Source of the DNA: Exiguobacterium sp. 9-2
Lineage (GTDB): Bacteria > Bacillota > Bacilli > Exiguobacteriales > Exiguobacteriaceae
Length of the DNA stretch: 32,000 nt
Direction of reading: 5' to 3'
Assembly (NCBI RefSeq): GCF_036287235.1
Contig: NZ_CP142850.1
Location: 2,291,336-2,323,335, forward strand
The notes beneath the pieces were generated by a model. The model did no database searches and was not told the origin of the DNA. It was given only the letters and a program-made list of their open reading frames with translations. How positions within the stretch are numbered: position 1 is the first letter of the stretch; every line of letters starts with the position of its first letter. The position numbers and the translations under genes were made by a program. Below, in pieces: positions 8,371-16,986 of this stretch.

Positions 8371-8384
8371 GTAAAACGTTTTCA
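8371..8384 (-). promoter_or_regulatory. cre-like near-palindrome TGAAAACGTTTTAC in the aroA-ccpA spacer
   Basis: Matches TGWNANCGNTNWCA at 12 of 14 positions. Only the last two bases deviate. Confidence 0.5.
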
Positions 8385-8412
8385 TTCGCTTTAGGTCACC
8401 CTTTTTCGAAAA

Positions 8413-9498
8413 TCATTGAACGTTTAGTGCCGGAAAGGTAGTCGTCAAGTTTTCGACGAACGTATCGAATTCTTGGAAATCAAGTTGTTGGTTCGCATCA
8501 GATAGTGCGAGTGCCGGAAACGGATGGACTTCAACCATGACAGCATCAGCACCGATCGCGTAAGCCGCTTTCGCCGTTGGCAACAGAAGATCCTTCCGTC
8601 CTGTCGAATGCGTCACATCGACCATGACAGGAAGATGTGTCTCTTGCTTCAGAATTGGAACTGCTGAGATATCAAGCGTGTTCCGTGTTGCACGTTCATA
8701 TGTCCGAATGCCGCGCTCACACAAAATGACTTGATCGTTACCACTTGCCATGATGTACTCAGCCGCGTACATGAACTCCTCGAGTGTTGCAGCAAGTCCT
8801 CGTTTTAAAAGAACCGGCTTATTTGTACGACCGACTTCTTTTAGTAAATCGAAGTTTTGCATGTTGCGTGCGCCAACCTGGATAATGTCGACATATGGTA
8901 AAGCAGATTCAACCGCACTCGGCGTCATGATTTCAGTGATGACATGCAAACCGTGCGCGTCCGCTGCTTTTTTCAACATTTTTAGACCCTCGAGTCCAAG
9001 ACCTTGGAAGTCGTAAGGTGATGTGCGTGGTTTGTACGCTCCACCTCGCATGAACTTCACGCCGTGTTTCGCGAGTTGTTCCGCGACTTCGAATACTTGT
9101 TCCTCGCTCTCGACCGCACATGGTCCAGCAATCAATTGTTGAGAACCATCTCCGATGACAGCATCTCCGATTCGGATGATCGTGTTCGTCGGTTTTTGTT
9201 TCCGTGATACGAGTAATTTCCGAGTCCGATCTTCTCCTTGTAATTCAAGAGAAGCTTTGAAAATTTCTTTAAATACATGCTGAAGGCGTCCTGTTTCAAA
9301 AGGTCCATGGTTATTAGCAGCAATTGATTCGAGCATTTGACGTTCCCGAACAGGGTCGTAACGGTCAAGCCCTTGTGCTCGTTTGACTTTTCCGATTTCG
9401 ACAGCAATTTGACCACGTCGGTTCATCAATTCCAATAATTCTGCATTCACTAAATCGAGTTCATCCCGTAATCTTTTTAATTCTGCGTGTTGATCCAT
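8413..9498 (-). CDS. aroA: Bifunctional chorismate mutase / 3-deoxy-D-arabino-heptulosonate-7-phosphate synthase, AroA(G) type
   Basis: 361 aa. An N-terminal AroQ-type chorismate mutase helix ([33 protein letters not shown]) is fused to a type I-beta DAHP synthase. The gene sits upstream of ccpA, as in B. subtilis. Confidence 0.92.
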   Translation of the reverse strand: MDQHAELKRLRDELDLVNAELLELMNRRGQIAVEIGKVKRAQGLDRYDPVRERQMLESIAANNHGPFETGRLQHVFKEIFKASLELQGEDRTRKLLVSRKQKPTNTIIRIGDAVIGDGSQQLIAGPCAVESEEQVFEVAEQLAKHGVKFMRGGAYKPRTSPYDFQGLGLEGLKMLKKAADAHGLHVITEIMTPSAVESALPYVDIIQVGARNMQNFDLLKEVGRTNKPVLLKRGLAATLEEFMYAAEYIMASGNDQVILCERGIRTYERATRNTLDISAVPILKQETHLPVMVDVTHSTGRKDLLLPTAKAAYAIGADAVMVEVHPFPALALSDANQQLDFQEFDTFVENLTTTFPALNVQ

Positions 9499-9660
9499 GT
9501 CCTACCACTCCCTAATCAGCATATAGCTCGTAATAGCAACTAATTATAACGAACTCTTTCCATGTTGTACATAAAGAAGCTGCATGATTTCTTAAAATAT
9601 GAAAATAAATTACGTTTTTTCATATAATTTTTTCTGCGTTTTCTCTATAAAGAAACATAG

Positions 9661-9686
9661 AAAAAGAGCCCTCATGATGAGAGCTC
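9661..9686 (-). terminator. Rho-independent terminator after ytxH
   Basis: Minus strand gagctctca tca tgagggctc followed by TTTTT. The stem is 9 bp including one G-U pair. Confidence 0.75.
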
Positions 9687-9698
9687 CATATTCACTTC

Positions 9699-10235
9699 TT
9701 ATTTCTTATGATTCACATCAGATTGTGGGTCATTGTCTTCCTCTTGCTCTTCCGCCAACTGTTCCCGTAGCTCTGAAAGATCAACGACCGTTTCCGTATC
9801 GATTTCTTCTGCCACGGATGCGCCATCGACTTCGTCCCCAATTTCACGCTCGATGTCACGTACAAGCTGTTCTGCTTCTGCGAGAGCTGCATCGATACTT
9901 GCCTGATCCTTCTCAAAACCAGCGTATTGTGCCGCTTCTTGAACTGTCGAATTATTCTTTGCTTTTTCAATGACAGGTGCTGCTTTGTCTTTTGCCAGTT
10001 GAATCCATTCTCCCACGAGTGGTTCTGCTTTTTCGCGAACAACTTGCGTCTGTTCTGTCAAACGTTGACGTGCAGGAGCCGTACGCTCGTCGATTAAGTC
10101 GCGCATCTCACGACCTGATTTCGGACTAGAAAGGAGAGCTGCCGCGGCACCAATCAATCCACCAACGATGATTCCCGCGAGGAAACCTCCTCCTTTAGAA
10201 GAATCTTGTGTTTGATATGGGTGTTGTTTCGTCAT
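9699..10235 (-). CDS. ytxH: YtxH-like general stress protein
   Basis: 178 aa with an N-terminal glycine-zipper membrane segment FLAGIIVGGLIGAAAALLSSPKSGREMRDLI, typical of the YtxH family. There is a 4-nt overlap with ytxG. Confidence 0.85.
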   Translation of the reverse strand: MTKQHPYQTQDSSKGGGFLAGIIVGGLIGAAAALLSSPKSGREMRDLIDERTAPARQRLTEQTQVVREKAEPLVGEWIQLAKDKAAPVIEKAKNNSTVQEAAQYAGFEKDQASIDAALAEAEQLVRDIEREIGDEVDGASVAEEIDTETVVDLSELREQLAEEQEEDNDPQSDVNHKK

Positions 10236-10801
10236 GATTTACGATCTCCTTTCAACTCATCTGGAATGCTTTCGACGTCCGGGACGGATACGACTTCCGG
10301 TGTAACCGGTGTCTCTGCTTTTTTCCGGAATCGACGACGTGGTTTTTTCTCGACTGTCGTCGTTGCTGTCGTATGATTTGAAACTGTTGTTTCTGCCGGT
10401 TTATTTTTTTTGAATAATTCTACAGCGACTGAGCCCCAACGGACTGCTTGTGCAATCTGGTCTTTATTCGTATCTGCCGCACCAGCGACAGTATCGGATA
10501 CCGTCCGGACAGAATCTGTTACTTTATTCAAGGACGTACCAAGCTCTTCGATCGAGTTTGCAACAGGTGCAAGCAACTCGGTTTTTTCTTCAATCGTATC
10601 GACAAGACGATTCGTCTTATGTAACAACGCTGTCGTCTCCATCATGATACCGTCCAATTGACGTTCAAGTCCTGCTGTCGTGTTGGCTACATTGTTCAGC
10701 GTCTTACTTGCAGCACTTAGTACACGGGCAAGGAAAATGACGAGTACTACGAATGCGATCGCAGCGACTAATCCGGCGATTCCGCCTAATGTGATTTCCA
10801 T
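10232..10801 (-). CDS. ytxG: DUF948 / YtxG-like general stress protein
   Basis: I chose the ATG at 10801 (MEITLGGIAGLVAAIAFVVLVIFL), 8 nt after GGAGG. The track TTG at 10816 lies inside the RBS. An N-terminal TM helix is followed by coiled regions. Confidence 0.85.
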   Translation of the reverse strand: MEITLGGIAGLVAAIAFVVLVIFLARVLSAASKTLNNVANTTAGLERQLDGIMMETTALLHKTNRLVDTIEEKTELLAPVANSIEELGTSLNKVTDSVRTVSDTVAGAADTNKDQIAQAVRWGSVAVELFKKNKPAETTVSNHTTATTTVEKKPRRRFRKKAETPVTPEVVSVPDVESIPDELKGDRKS

Positions 10802-10883
10802 GGTTCTTGCCTCCAATTTTTTGCGTAGTCTTTTGTTGTTAGTTCGACATGTAGCAAGTCGTTCCTGCTACTCCAAATGGTTT

Positions 10884-10909
10884 ATTTCCGTTACAATGAT
10901 AATTGAAAC
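10884..10909 (-). promoter_or_regulatory. Sigma-B-type promoter upstream of ytxGH (GTTTCA - 14 nt - GGAAAT)
   Basis: Minus-strand hexamers at 10909-10904 and 10889-10884, compared with the B. subtilis sigma-B consensus GTTTAA-N12-15-GGGWAW. ytxGHJ is sigma-B controlled in B. subtilis. Confidence 0.5.
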
Positions 10910-10939
10910 CTACATCATCCATTTCGAGGGGGAAATTTC

Positions 10940-12052
10940 ATGCGTGACCCACGTCTTACTCAACTGGCAACGAATCTGATCAACTATTCGGTTGCCCTTG
11001 AACCTGGTGAAAAAGTATTGATTGAAAATTTCGGTATCGAACGTGAACTAGTCGAAGCACTCATAGAAGCTGCCTACGCGGCTGGCGGTCATCCGTTCGT
11101 CTTACTTAAGGATAATCGTATCCTACGAAAATTATACCGAAATGCTTCAGAAGAGCAACTCCAATTGATGGCAGACATCGAACGTAAGCAGATGCAGGCG
11201 ATGGATGCATACATCGGATTACGAGCTGGTGATAACATCAATGAACTATCGGATGTACCAGCTGAACAAATGAAACTGTACGGTCAAACGATTGGTAAGA
11301 TGCATACACAGGATCGCGTCAAAGGAACGAAATGGGTCGTCCTTCGCTTCCCGACAGCATCGATGGCTCAACTTGCCAATCAATCGACAGAAGCATTCGA
11401 AGACTTTTACTTCGATGTCTGTACGCTTGATTACGAAAAAATGGGACAAGCGATGGAACCGCTCGTCGATTTGATGAACCGGACGGATCGTGTTCGTCTC
11501 GTCGGACCAGGAACGGACCTTTCGTTCTCGATCAAAGACATCCCAGCAATCAAATGTGCCGGAAATGCCAATATTCCGGACGGTGAAGTCTTTACGGCAC
11601 CCGTTAAAGATTCCGTCAACGGTGTCATCTCATATAACACACCATCTCCGTATCAAGGATTCACGTTTGAAAACGTCAAACTGACGTTCAAAGACGGTAA
11701 AATTGTCGAAGCGACGGCGAACGATACGGATCGTATCAACCAAGTCTTCGATACAGATGCGGGTTCTCGTTTCGTCGGTGAATTTGCGATTGGCGTCAAT
11801 CCCTTTATCCAGCATCCAATGAAGGATATTCTGTTCGATGAGAAAATCGATGGCAGCTTCCACTTCACGCCGGGTCAAGCTTACGAAGAAGCCTACAACG
11901 GTAATGATTCATCCGTTCACTGGGATCTCGTCAATATCCAACGCCCTGATTACGGTGGTGGGGAGATCTGGTTTGACGACGTATTGATCCGTAAAGACGG
12001 TCGTTTCGTCCTTCCTGAACTCGAAGTCCTCAATCCTGAAAACCTGAAATAA
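10940..12052 (+). CDS. Aminopeptidase, peptidase family M29 (AmpS/PepS-like)
   Basis: 370 aa. The N terminus MRDPRLTQLATNLINYSVALEPGEKVLI and overall pattern are typical of M29 thermophilic metalloaminopeptidases. RBS GAGGGGGA. Confidence 0.85.
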   Translation: MRDPRLTQLATNLINYSVALEPGEKVLIENFGIERELVEALIEAAYAAGGHPFVLLKDNRILRKLYRNASEEQLQLMADIERKQMQAMDAYIGLRAGDNINELSDVPAEQMKLYGQTIGKMHTQDRVKGTKWVVLRFPTASMAQLANQSTEAFEDFYFDVCTLDYEKMGQAMEPLVDLMNRTDRVRLVGPGTDLSFSIKDIPAIKCAGNANIPDGEVFTAPVKDSVNGVISYNTPSPYQGFTFENVKLTFKDGKIVEATANDTDRINQVFDTDAGSRFVGEFAIGVNPFIQHPMKDILFDEKIDGSFHFTPGQAYEEAYNGNDSSVHWDLVNIQRPDYGGGEIWFDDVLIRKDGRFVLPELEVLNPENLK

Positions 12053-12054
12053 GA

Positions 12055-12098
12055 AAAAGCGGATGGCTCGTCCTTCATAGGACAGGGGCATCCGTTTT
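12055..12098. terminator. Bidirectional terminator between the M29 aminopeptidase gene and dps
   Basis: The outer 10-bp stem aaaagcggatg / catccgtttt encloses the inner helix gtcct/aggac. T tracts are present on both strands. Confidence 0.7.
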
Positions 12099-12105
12099 CT
12101 ATATC

Positions 12106-12546
12106 TTATTTTTTCAATGTCGCACGAAGCATCCAAATTTGTTTTTCGATTTCCTTCGCTTGACCAAGCAGATCATCTTCCACTGTTACGTCTTGTGCCT
12201 CAAGATGTTCAATCGCATCAAGCATCTCTTTTCGGACTTGTTGGAAGTCTTTAATGACCGAATCGATCATCTCATCTGCTGACAAACCTGATTTTGCTTC
12301 TTCGAGTGTCGTTTGTTCTAAATATTCTTTTAGCGTCGCTGAAGGTGTCCCGTTATTCATCAAGAGACGTTCCGCAACGACATCATACTGCTCAGACACC
12401 CATGTATAGAGTTCTTCAAGCTTCTCGTGAAGCGTCAAGAAGTCTGGACCTTTAATATACCAATGGTAGTTATGGAGCTTAACGAATAGGACCCCATAGT
12501 TTGCGACCTGTTGATTCAAAGCTGATTTTGCATGATTACTGATCAT
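12106..12546 (-). CDS. dps: DNA-protection-during-starvation protein (Dps / ferritin-like)
   Basis: 146 aa with VKLHNYHWYIKGPDFLTLHEKLEELY, the Dps ferroxidase region. RBS AAAGGGGA. Confidence 0.92.
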   Translation of the reverse strand: MISNHAKSALNQQVANYGVLFVKLHNYHWYIKGPDFLTLHEKLEELYTWVSEQYDVVAERLLMNNGTPSATLKEYLEQTTLEEAKSGLSADEMIDSVIKDFQQVRKEMLDAIEHLEAQDVTVEDDLLGQAKEIEKQIWMLRATLKK

Positions 12547-12591
12547 CTGATATTCCCCTTTCCTGATTTCAAATGACGTTCTAATTCATCT

Positions 12592-12617
12592 TTATCCTTA
12601 AATAACAAAGGATAAAC
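12592..12617 (-). promoter_or_regulatory. Sigma-B-type promoter upstream of dps (GTTTAT - 14 nt - GGATAA) embedded in a 9-bp perfect palindrome
   Basis: Minus-strand -35 at 12617-12612 and -10 at 12597-12592. The same bases form TTTATCCTT-N8-AAGGATAAA (12591-12616). Confidence 0.45.
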
Positions 12618-12638
12618 ATCATTTTCAGGAAGATTGGA

Positions 12639-13154
12639 TTATCGCGGACGTTTTAATCCCTTTAGCATATATCCGCCTTTGAAGTCGACGGAATCGAAGG
12701 CAACGAGAAATGCTTTCGGTTCATACTCCTCGACGAGGTTACGGAGCACTTTCATACGTGTTCGTGCCGCAAGGACATCTAATCGGTAACGAACACCGTC
12801 TCGACCTTGTCCTTGATAATGCGTCACACCGAAACCATTATCACGGATGACTTGAATGAGTTCTGCCGGAAATTCTTGTGTGTGTACTTGGATCATATTG
12901 TAACCGATGGCTAGTTTTCGTTCGACATATCCACCAATGAGTATACCAAGTCCGAATCCGAGTGCATAAACGACCATACCAAGTGTCGTTAAGTCTTGGA
13001 ACACGATTCCTAGTGCAAAAATGTAAATCAATGTTTCGACCGTCCCAAAGAGTCCGGCAATGACGGTCCGTCCTTTGACAAGCATGATCGTCCGCAATGT
13101 CAAAACAGGAACGTAAATCAACTGGAGCAATAAGATGAGTAAAATCTGTCCCAT
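12639..13154 (-). CDS. UPF0316 / DUF2179 family membrane protein
   Basis: 171 aa with three N-terminal TM segments and a C-terminal DUF2179-like soluble domain (GVTHYQGQGRDG...LVAFDSVDFKGGY). RBS GAGGAAAG. Confidence 0.8.
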   Translation of the reverse strand: MGQILLILLLQLIYVPVLTLRTIMLVKGRTVIAGLFGTVETLIYIFALGIVFQDLTTLGMVVYALGFGLGILIGGYVERKLAIGYNMIQVHTQEFPAELIQVIRDNGFGVTHYQGQGRDGVRYRLDVLAARTRMKVLRNLVEEYEPKAFLVAFDSVDFKGGYMLKGLKRPR

Positions 13155-13282
13155 GGTGTCTTTCCTCTCTATAATAACTTCAACACATACACACTATTTC
13201 AAACTTTATTTCAAGATGCAATCCTATTTTAGATTTTCCCTATCAGTTTTTTGATTTTACTATCACAATTCAAATTTACGAC

Positions 13283-13310
13283 AAAAAAATGCCACTCTAA
13301 TCGAGTGACA
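13283..13310 (-). terminator. Rho-independent terminator after murC
   Basis: Minus strand tgtcactc gatta gagtggca followed by TTTTTTT, with 7 of 8 stem positions paired. Confidence 0.7.
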
Positions 13311-13324
13311 CTTTTGGTTCTCAC

Positions 13325-14620
13325 TTATTTTACACTTTGATATTGATGCTGATACGTTTGAATGTCGCCCGCTCCCATGAATAGAAGCACAGCATTTTCA
13401 TGCTGACGTAGGACAGAAACGTTGTCGCGCGTCAGAATAGAAGCTTGCGGAATTTTCTCCTGCAAATCTTCGACTCGAACTTGCCCTTCCTGCTCACGTG
13501 CTGAACCAAAGATTTCACATAGATATGTCGCATCTGCTTCACGTAAAGATGTCGCAAAATCATCCATGAATGATTTCAAGCGTGTGTACGTATGCGGTTG
13601 GAAAATCGCGATGACTTCACGATCCGGATATTTCTTCCGTGCCGACTCGATCGTTGCGCTGATCTCTTTTGGATGGTGTGCGTAGTCGTCTACTAAGATT
13701 TGTGTGCCAAATTCTGACTCACTGAAGCGGCGTTTCACTCCACCGAATGTTGCTAAACGTTCAGCAACGTCTTCTTTACTCAATCCTTCGTACTGACAGA
13801 TCGCAATGACCGATAATGCATTCAAGACATGATGACGACCGAATCCTGGAATCAGGAACGTGCCATAGAAATCATCACGTAAATAGACATCAAACGATGT
13901 GCCGTCTGGCGTTGATGTCGCATTTTCAGCTCGGAAATCATTGTTTTCTCCGAATCCATAATAAAGAACAGGTACATTCGCTTGAATGTTTTGAAGATGT
14001 TCGTCATCTCCACAAGCAACGATTGCTTGCTTGACCTGCATCGCCATCTCTTGAAAAGCCGAAACGACATCATCGATTCCCGTGAAATAATCCGAATGAT
14101 CGAAGTCGATGTTCGTCATGATAGCGTAATCCGGCTTGTAATATAAGAAGTGACGTTTGTATTCACATGCCTCGAAGACGAATGCCTTCGCATCTTCTAC
14201 TCCTGCCCCTGTTCCGTCTCCGATCAAGAAGGCCGTCGGTGTAATACCGCTCAAGACGTGTGAAAGCAAACCTGTCGTCGACGTTTTTCCGTGTGAGCCT
14301 GTAATGGCGACCGAACGATATTCATTTGCTAAGTGTCCTAAGAAATCGTAATAATGATGGATCGTTAAACCAAGTTCATTTGCCCGTGCGATTTCTGGAT
14401 GATCATCTCCAAAGGCATTCCCCTGGATGATGACATAATCTTCTTTGATGTTATCCGCATTGAACGGGAAAAATGGAATTCCCTTAGCCCGTAACGCGTC
14501 TTCAGTAAAAATGTGCTTTTCGATGTCTGAACCTTGTACCTCATGATTCATCTCATGTAGTACTTGGGCGAGCGCACTCATCCCTGTTCCTTTGATTCCA
14601 ACAAAATGATACTTTGTCAT
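13325..14620 (-). CDS. murC: UDP-N-acetylmuramate--L-alanine ligase
   Basis: I chose the ATG at 14620 ([18 protein letters not shown]), 7 nt after GGAGGG. The track TTG at 14635 lies in the RBS. P-loop GSHGKTST. 431 aa. Confidence 0.95.
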   Translation of the reverse strand: MTKYHFVGIKGTGMSALAQVLHEMNHEVQGSDIEKHIFTEDALRAKGIPFFPFNADNIKEDYVIIQGNAFGDDHPEIARANELGLTIHHYYDFLGHLANEYRSVAITGSHGKTSTTGLLSHVLSGITPTAFLIGDGTGAGVEDAKAFVFEACEYKRHFLYYKPDYAIMTNIDFDHSDYFTGIDDVVSAFQEMAMQVKQAIVACGDDEHLQNIQANVPVLYYGFGENNDFRAENATSTPDGTSFDVYLRDDFYGTFLIPGFGRHHVLNALSVIAICQYEGLSKEDVAERLATFGGVKRRFSESEFGTQILVDDYAHHPKEISATIESARKKYPDREVIAIFQPHTYTRLKSFMDDFATSLREADATYLCEIFGSAREQEGQVRVEDLQEKIPQASILTRDNVSVLRQHENAVLLFMGAGDIQTYQHQYQSVK

Positions 14621-14682
14621 ATAAAAGCCCTCCAATTCACGTTCCGGTCCGTACCATCGGGCTCGGGTACAAAACCTGTACC

Positions 14683-14691
14683 ATTATAGCA
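14683..14691 (-). promoter_or_regulatory. Extended -10 promoter TGCTATAAT upstream of murC
   Basis: Minus-strand TGnTATAAT lies about 63 nt upstream of the murC ATG, in the 78-nt gap after the preceding gene. Confidence 0.55.
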
Positions 14692-14698
14692 AACCGAT

Positions 14699-15436
14699 TT
14701 AATTTTTACCATGTAAATTATTTTGCTCTCGACGCGCACGATACATCGCCATCAAGTCTTTTGTCGTCATAACGACATTGACAGGCGGTCCAACCGGCTT
14801 TTTCACTTCCGACTGAACGGGTGCTACTGCTTCCGCTTCAGCAACAGATGGATCCAAAATCGAAGTGACTTCTTCCGATTGTTGCTTCTCTGCTTCTTGA
14901 TCATCAAGAAGTGCCTCGCTCGATGTATCCATCGGAACAGTTTGCTCTTCTACGGTTTCACGTGTAGAAGGCGCTTCACTTACCCGCTCTTTTACAACCG
15001 TTTCTTCTGTTTCAGGTACGGTCGGCAATTCGACTTCGCTTACGTGATCTTGATTGGCTTCAGGTTCCGGTACAAGTAATTCAACGTCCGTCACCGGTAC
15101 AAAGCCAGCATCTGCTTCTGCATTGTCTAAGACAACTTCTTCCGGCGCAACAGCCTCCTGCTCCGTCAAAGTAACCTCATCAGTAATTCCCTGTTCATCT
15201 GCATCTGAAACCTGTTCAACGGTTTTTGTTTCTTCCGCAGCTTCTACCGTTTCAGATACAGATTGTTTCGGACGTTGGAATCCATAAATCGGTGAAGGAA
15301 CATCTGTTAAAACGAAGCGGTCTTCGCGCTCCTCTTTTTTCGGACGCTCTACCGGCTTTGTCTCACGTTCCCCCGCAAGCTCTCGACGAATTCGGGCAGC
15401 CTGCTCCTTTAGTGACTGTTCATAACGATTACTCAT
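14699..15436 (-). CDS. Hypothetical protein with a basic N terminus, a long acidic E/D/V/T-rich low-complexity centre and a short basic C terminus. It occupies the sftA (ytpS/ytpT) position of the conserved synteny.
   Basis: 245 aa. A strong RBS GGAGGGG lies 7 nt before the ATG. I recognise no enzymatic motif. Short motifs DVPSPIYGF and PPVNVVMTTKD are present. Confidence 0.75.
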   Translation of the reverse strand: MSNRYEQSLKEQAARIRRELAGERETKPVERPKKEEREDRFVLTDVPSPIYGFQRPKQSVSETVEAAEETKTVEQVSDADEQGITDEVTLTEQEAVAPEEVVLDNAEADAGFVPVTDVELLVPEPEANQDHVSEVELPTVPETEETVVKERVSEAPSTRETVEEQTVPMDTSSEALLDDQEAEKQQSEEVTSILDPSVAEAEAVAPVQSEVKKPVGPPVNVVMTTKDLMAMYRARREQNNLHGKN

Positions 15437-15473
15437 ACGTTCACCCCTCCATCTTGTTAAAAAATCGGTCGAA

Positions 15474-16082
15474 TCATCGACCGATTGAGAATGCTTCCCC
15501 TACTGCTGATGTATCATCAAGTACAAGAATCCCTTTTTCTTGTGGCGCATTGGCAAGTCCGAGCTCACGCGCTGAACAGAGCATACCACTTGACGGTACG
15601 CCACGTAATGCTGAAGGACGAATGATTAACCCAGACGGCATGACCGCACCCGGTTTAGCGACGACGACCTTTTGACCCGCTGCTACATTCGGCGCTCCAC
15701 AAACGATTTGTAAAGTTCCGTTATCCACCTCTACCTGACAGACCGATAATTTGTCAGCATCCGGATGCTTCTCACAAGAAGCAACAAACCCGACAACGAA
15801 TTTCGGAGAATAGTCAACTTGTTCGAGTGACAATTCGATATCTCGGTTTGCAAGTTCCTTTTGGATGCGTGCTGCCAATTCTTCCGTCAATTCAACCGGT
15901 CCTTGTGACTCGATCGTAAATGTATTCGACGCCTCAAACAAGTTGTAACCAACAATACGATCACCATGCTTGATTGTTGCTACGTCTCCTTCACGAGTCG
16001 CCGTCACTTCCGCACGTGGTGCGTCTTCTAAAATGATCATTAAGACGTCACCGACGCCCTCTTTATTATAAAACACATTCAT
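15474..16082 (-). CDS. ytpR: tRNA-binding domain protein YtpR (CsaA/Trbp111-like fold)
   Basis: 202 aa. The C-terminal half [45 protein letters not shown] is the classic OB-fold tRNA-binding motif. Confidence 0.88.
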   Translation of the reverse strand: MNVFYNKEGVGDVLMIILEDAPRAEVTATREGDVATIKHGDRIVGYNLFEASNTFTIESQGPVELTEELAARIQKELANRDIELSLEQVDYSPKFVVGFVASCEKHPDADKLSVCQVEVDNGTLQIVCGAPNVAAGQKVVVAKPGAVMPSGLIIRPSALRGVPSSGMLCSARELGLANAPQEKGILVLDDTSAVGEAFSIGR

Positions 16083-16135
16083 TCAATCCATGACTCCCTT
16101 CCGTCTTTCTCACAATGCCTATTGTATCAGATTCT

Positions 16136-16933
16136 TTACTCTTTCGGCTGCTTGTTTTTCGCAAGGACGAAGACCGGTTCAAGATTGCCATCTTCATATA
16201 AGAATGGCAATGCCGTAACAGGTACACGACCGTTCGAGAAGAAATCAAACATGAGTTGTTGTAAGACATCATATCCAGCGTCATTGCGGATATCGGCAAA
16301 AATCAAGACATCCTGGTGTGGAATACCAACAGCGAATTCCCCTTCGATTCGCGCCGCGTAATCAGCTAACAATGTCTTGTTCAAGACACGACTCGCCTCA
16401 TATCCGTCTCCAAGACTCAAGAAATAAAAGATGTTCCCCGCTACTTCATCTTGTTTAAATGGCGCATCGAGCGATTTCAGGTTAAAACGTGCAGCTTCCG
16501 ACAGCTGTTCAGCCGTCCATTCTGCAGATGCCAATAACTCCTCGTCAATCAAACGATATGTCGCCCCTAAATCAAGTGCGTACATGATTTTCGTCTCACC
16601 AGTATGTGGTGTGCTGACAAGCGTTTTTCCTTCTTTTGTCGTATCAGCAAACGATTTAGCCCGAATGACAGGGAATATTTTCTGTTCTTGTCCAACGAGT
16701 GAAATTTGATCCGTTTGTCCGAGTACAGCACGGATGTATTCGATCGTCTCTTCGACTGCGATGACACCTCTTCGTTTTGCTTTTGCGACGAGCGGGTTCA
16801 ATCCGACATCAACGCCTGATTTATCATGCTTCCGCTCAATTCGTAACACGGACTTTTCACGATCGAAATACGTTGTATAACCTTCTTCTTCGAATGTTTG
16901 TGTCATCATTCTTCGGATTTGTTGTAGTTCCAC
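16136..16933 (-). CDS. ytpQ: DUF1444 / UPF0354 protein YtpQ
   Basis: 265 aa, placed between ytpR and ytpP. The GTG start at 16933 follows AAAGGA. An alternative ATG at 16909 is possible. Confidence 0.8.
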   Translation of the reverse strand: MELQQIRRMMTQTFEEEGYTTYFDREKSVLRIERKHDKSGVDVGLNPLVAKAKRRGVIAVEETIEYIRAVLGQTDQISLVGQEQKIFPVIRAKSFADTTKEGKTLVSTPHTGETKIMYALDLGATYRLIDEELLASAEWTAEQLSEAARFNLKSLDAPFKQDEVAGNIFYFLSLGDGYEASRVLNKTLLADYAARIEGEFAVGIPHQDVLIFADIRNDAGYDVLQQLMFDFFSNGRVPVTALPFLYEDGNLEPVFVLAKNKQPKE

Positions 16934-16956
16934 TTGATTTCATCCTTTCTATCATG

Positions 16957-16986
16957 AAAAAAAGCGAGTCAGCGCTCGCTTTTTTC
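16957..16986 (-). terminator. Rho-independent terminator after ytpP, only about 23 nt upstream of the ytpQ start
   Basis: aaaaaaaGCGAG tcagcg CTCGCtttttt has a short GC stem extended by A-U pairs. A T tract is present on the minus strand. Confidence 0.6.

Noticed and set aside
9597-9625. The AT-rich inverted repeat atatgaaaa-N11-ttttcatat upstream of the aroA promoter.
   Set aside because: It consists entirely of A/T in an AT-rich spacer, so such palindromes are expected by chance. It has no supporting context.
9599-9973. A 124-aa plus-strand ORF overlapping the ytxH terminator and the antisense of ytxH.
   Set aside because: It starts in an AT-rich promoter region without an RBS, and the opposite strand encodes a recognisable YtxH-family protein.
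11668-11681. A cre-like sequence TGAAAACGTCAAAC inside the M29 aminopeptidase coding region.
   Set aside because: Three consensus positions are mismatched in the right half, and it lies deep inside a CDS, 730 nt from the start. It is probably a chance match.
14651-14682. Three GTACC/GGTAC elements able to form alternative 5-bp hairpins in the murC upstream region.
   Set aside because: The stems are only 5 bp and part of the region lies upstream of the likely transcription start. There is no T tract or leader ORF to support attenuation.
15226-15675. A 149-aa plus-strand ORF spanning the antisense of the acidic protein and ytpR.
   Set aside because: It crosses an intergenic gap of the opposite-strand operon, has no RBS and shows no recognisable motif. 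It is a chance ORF.
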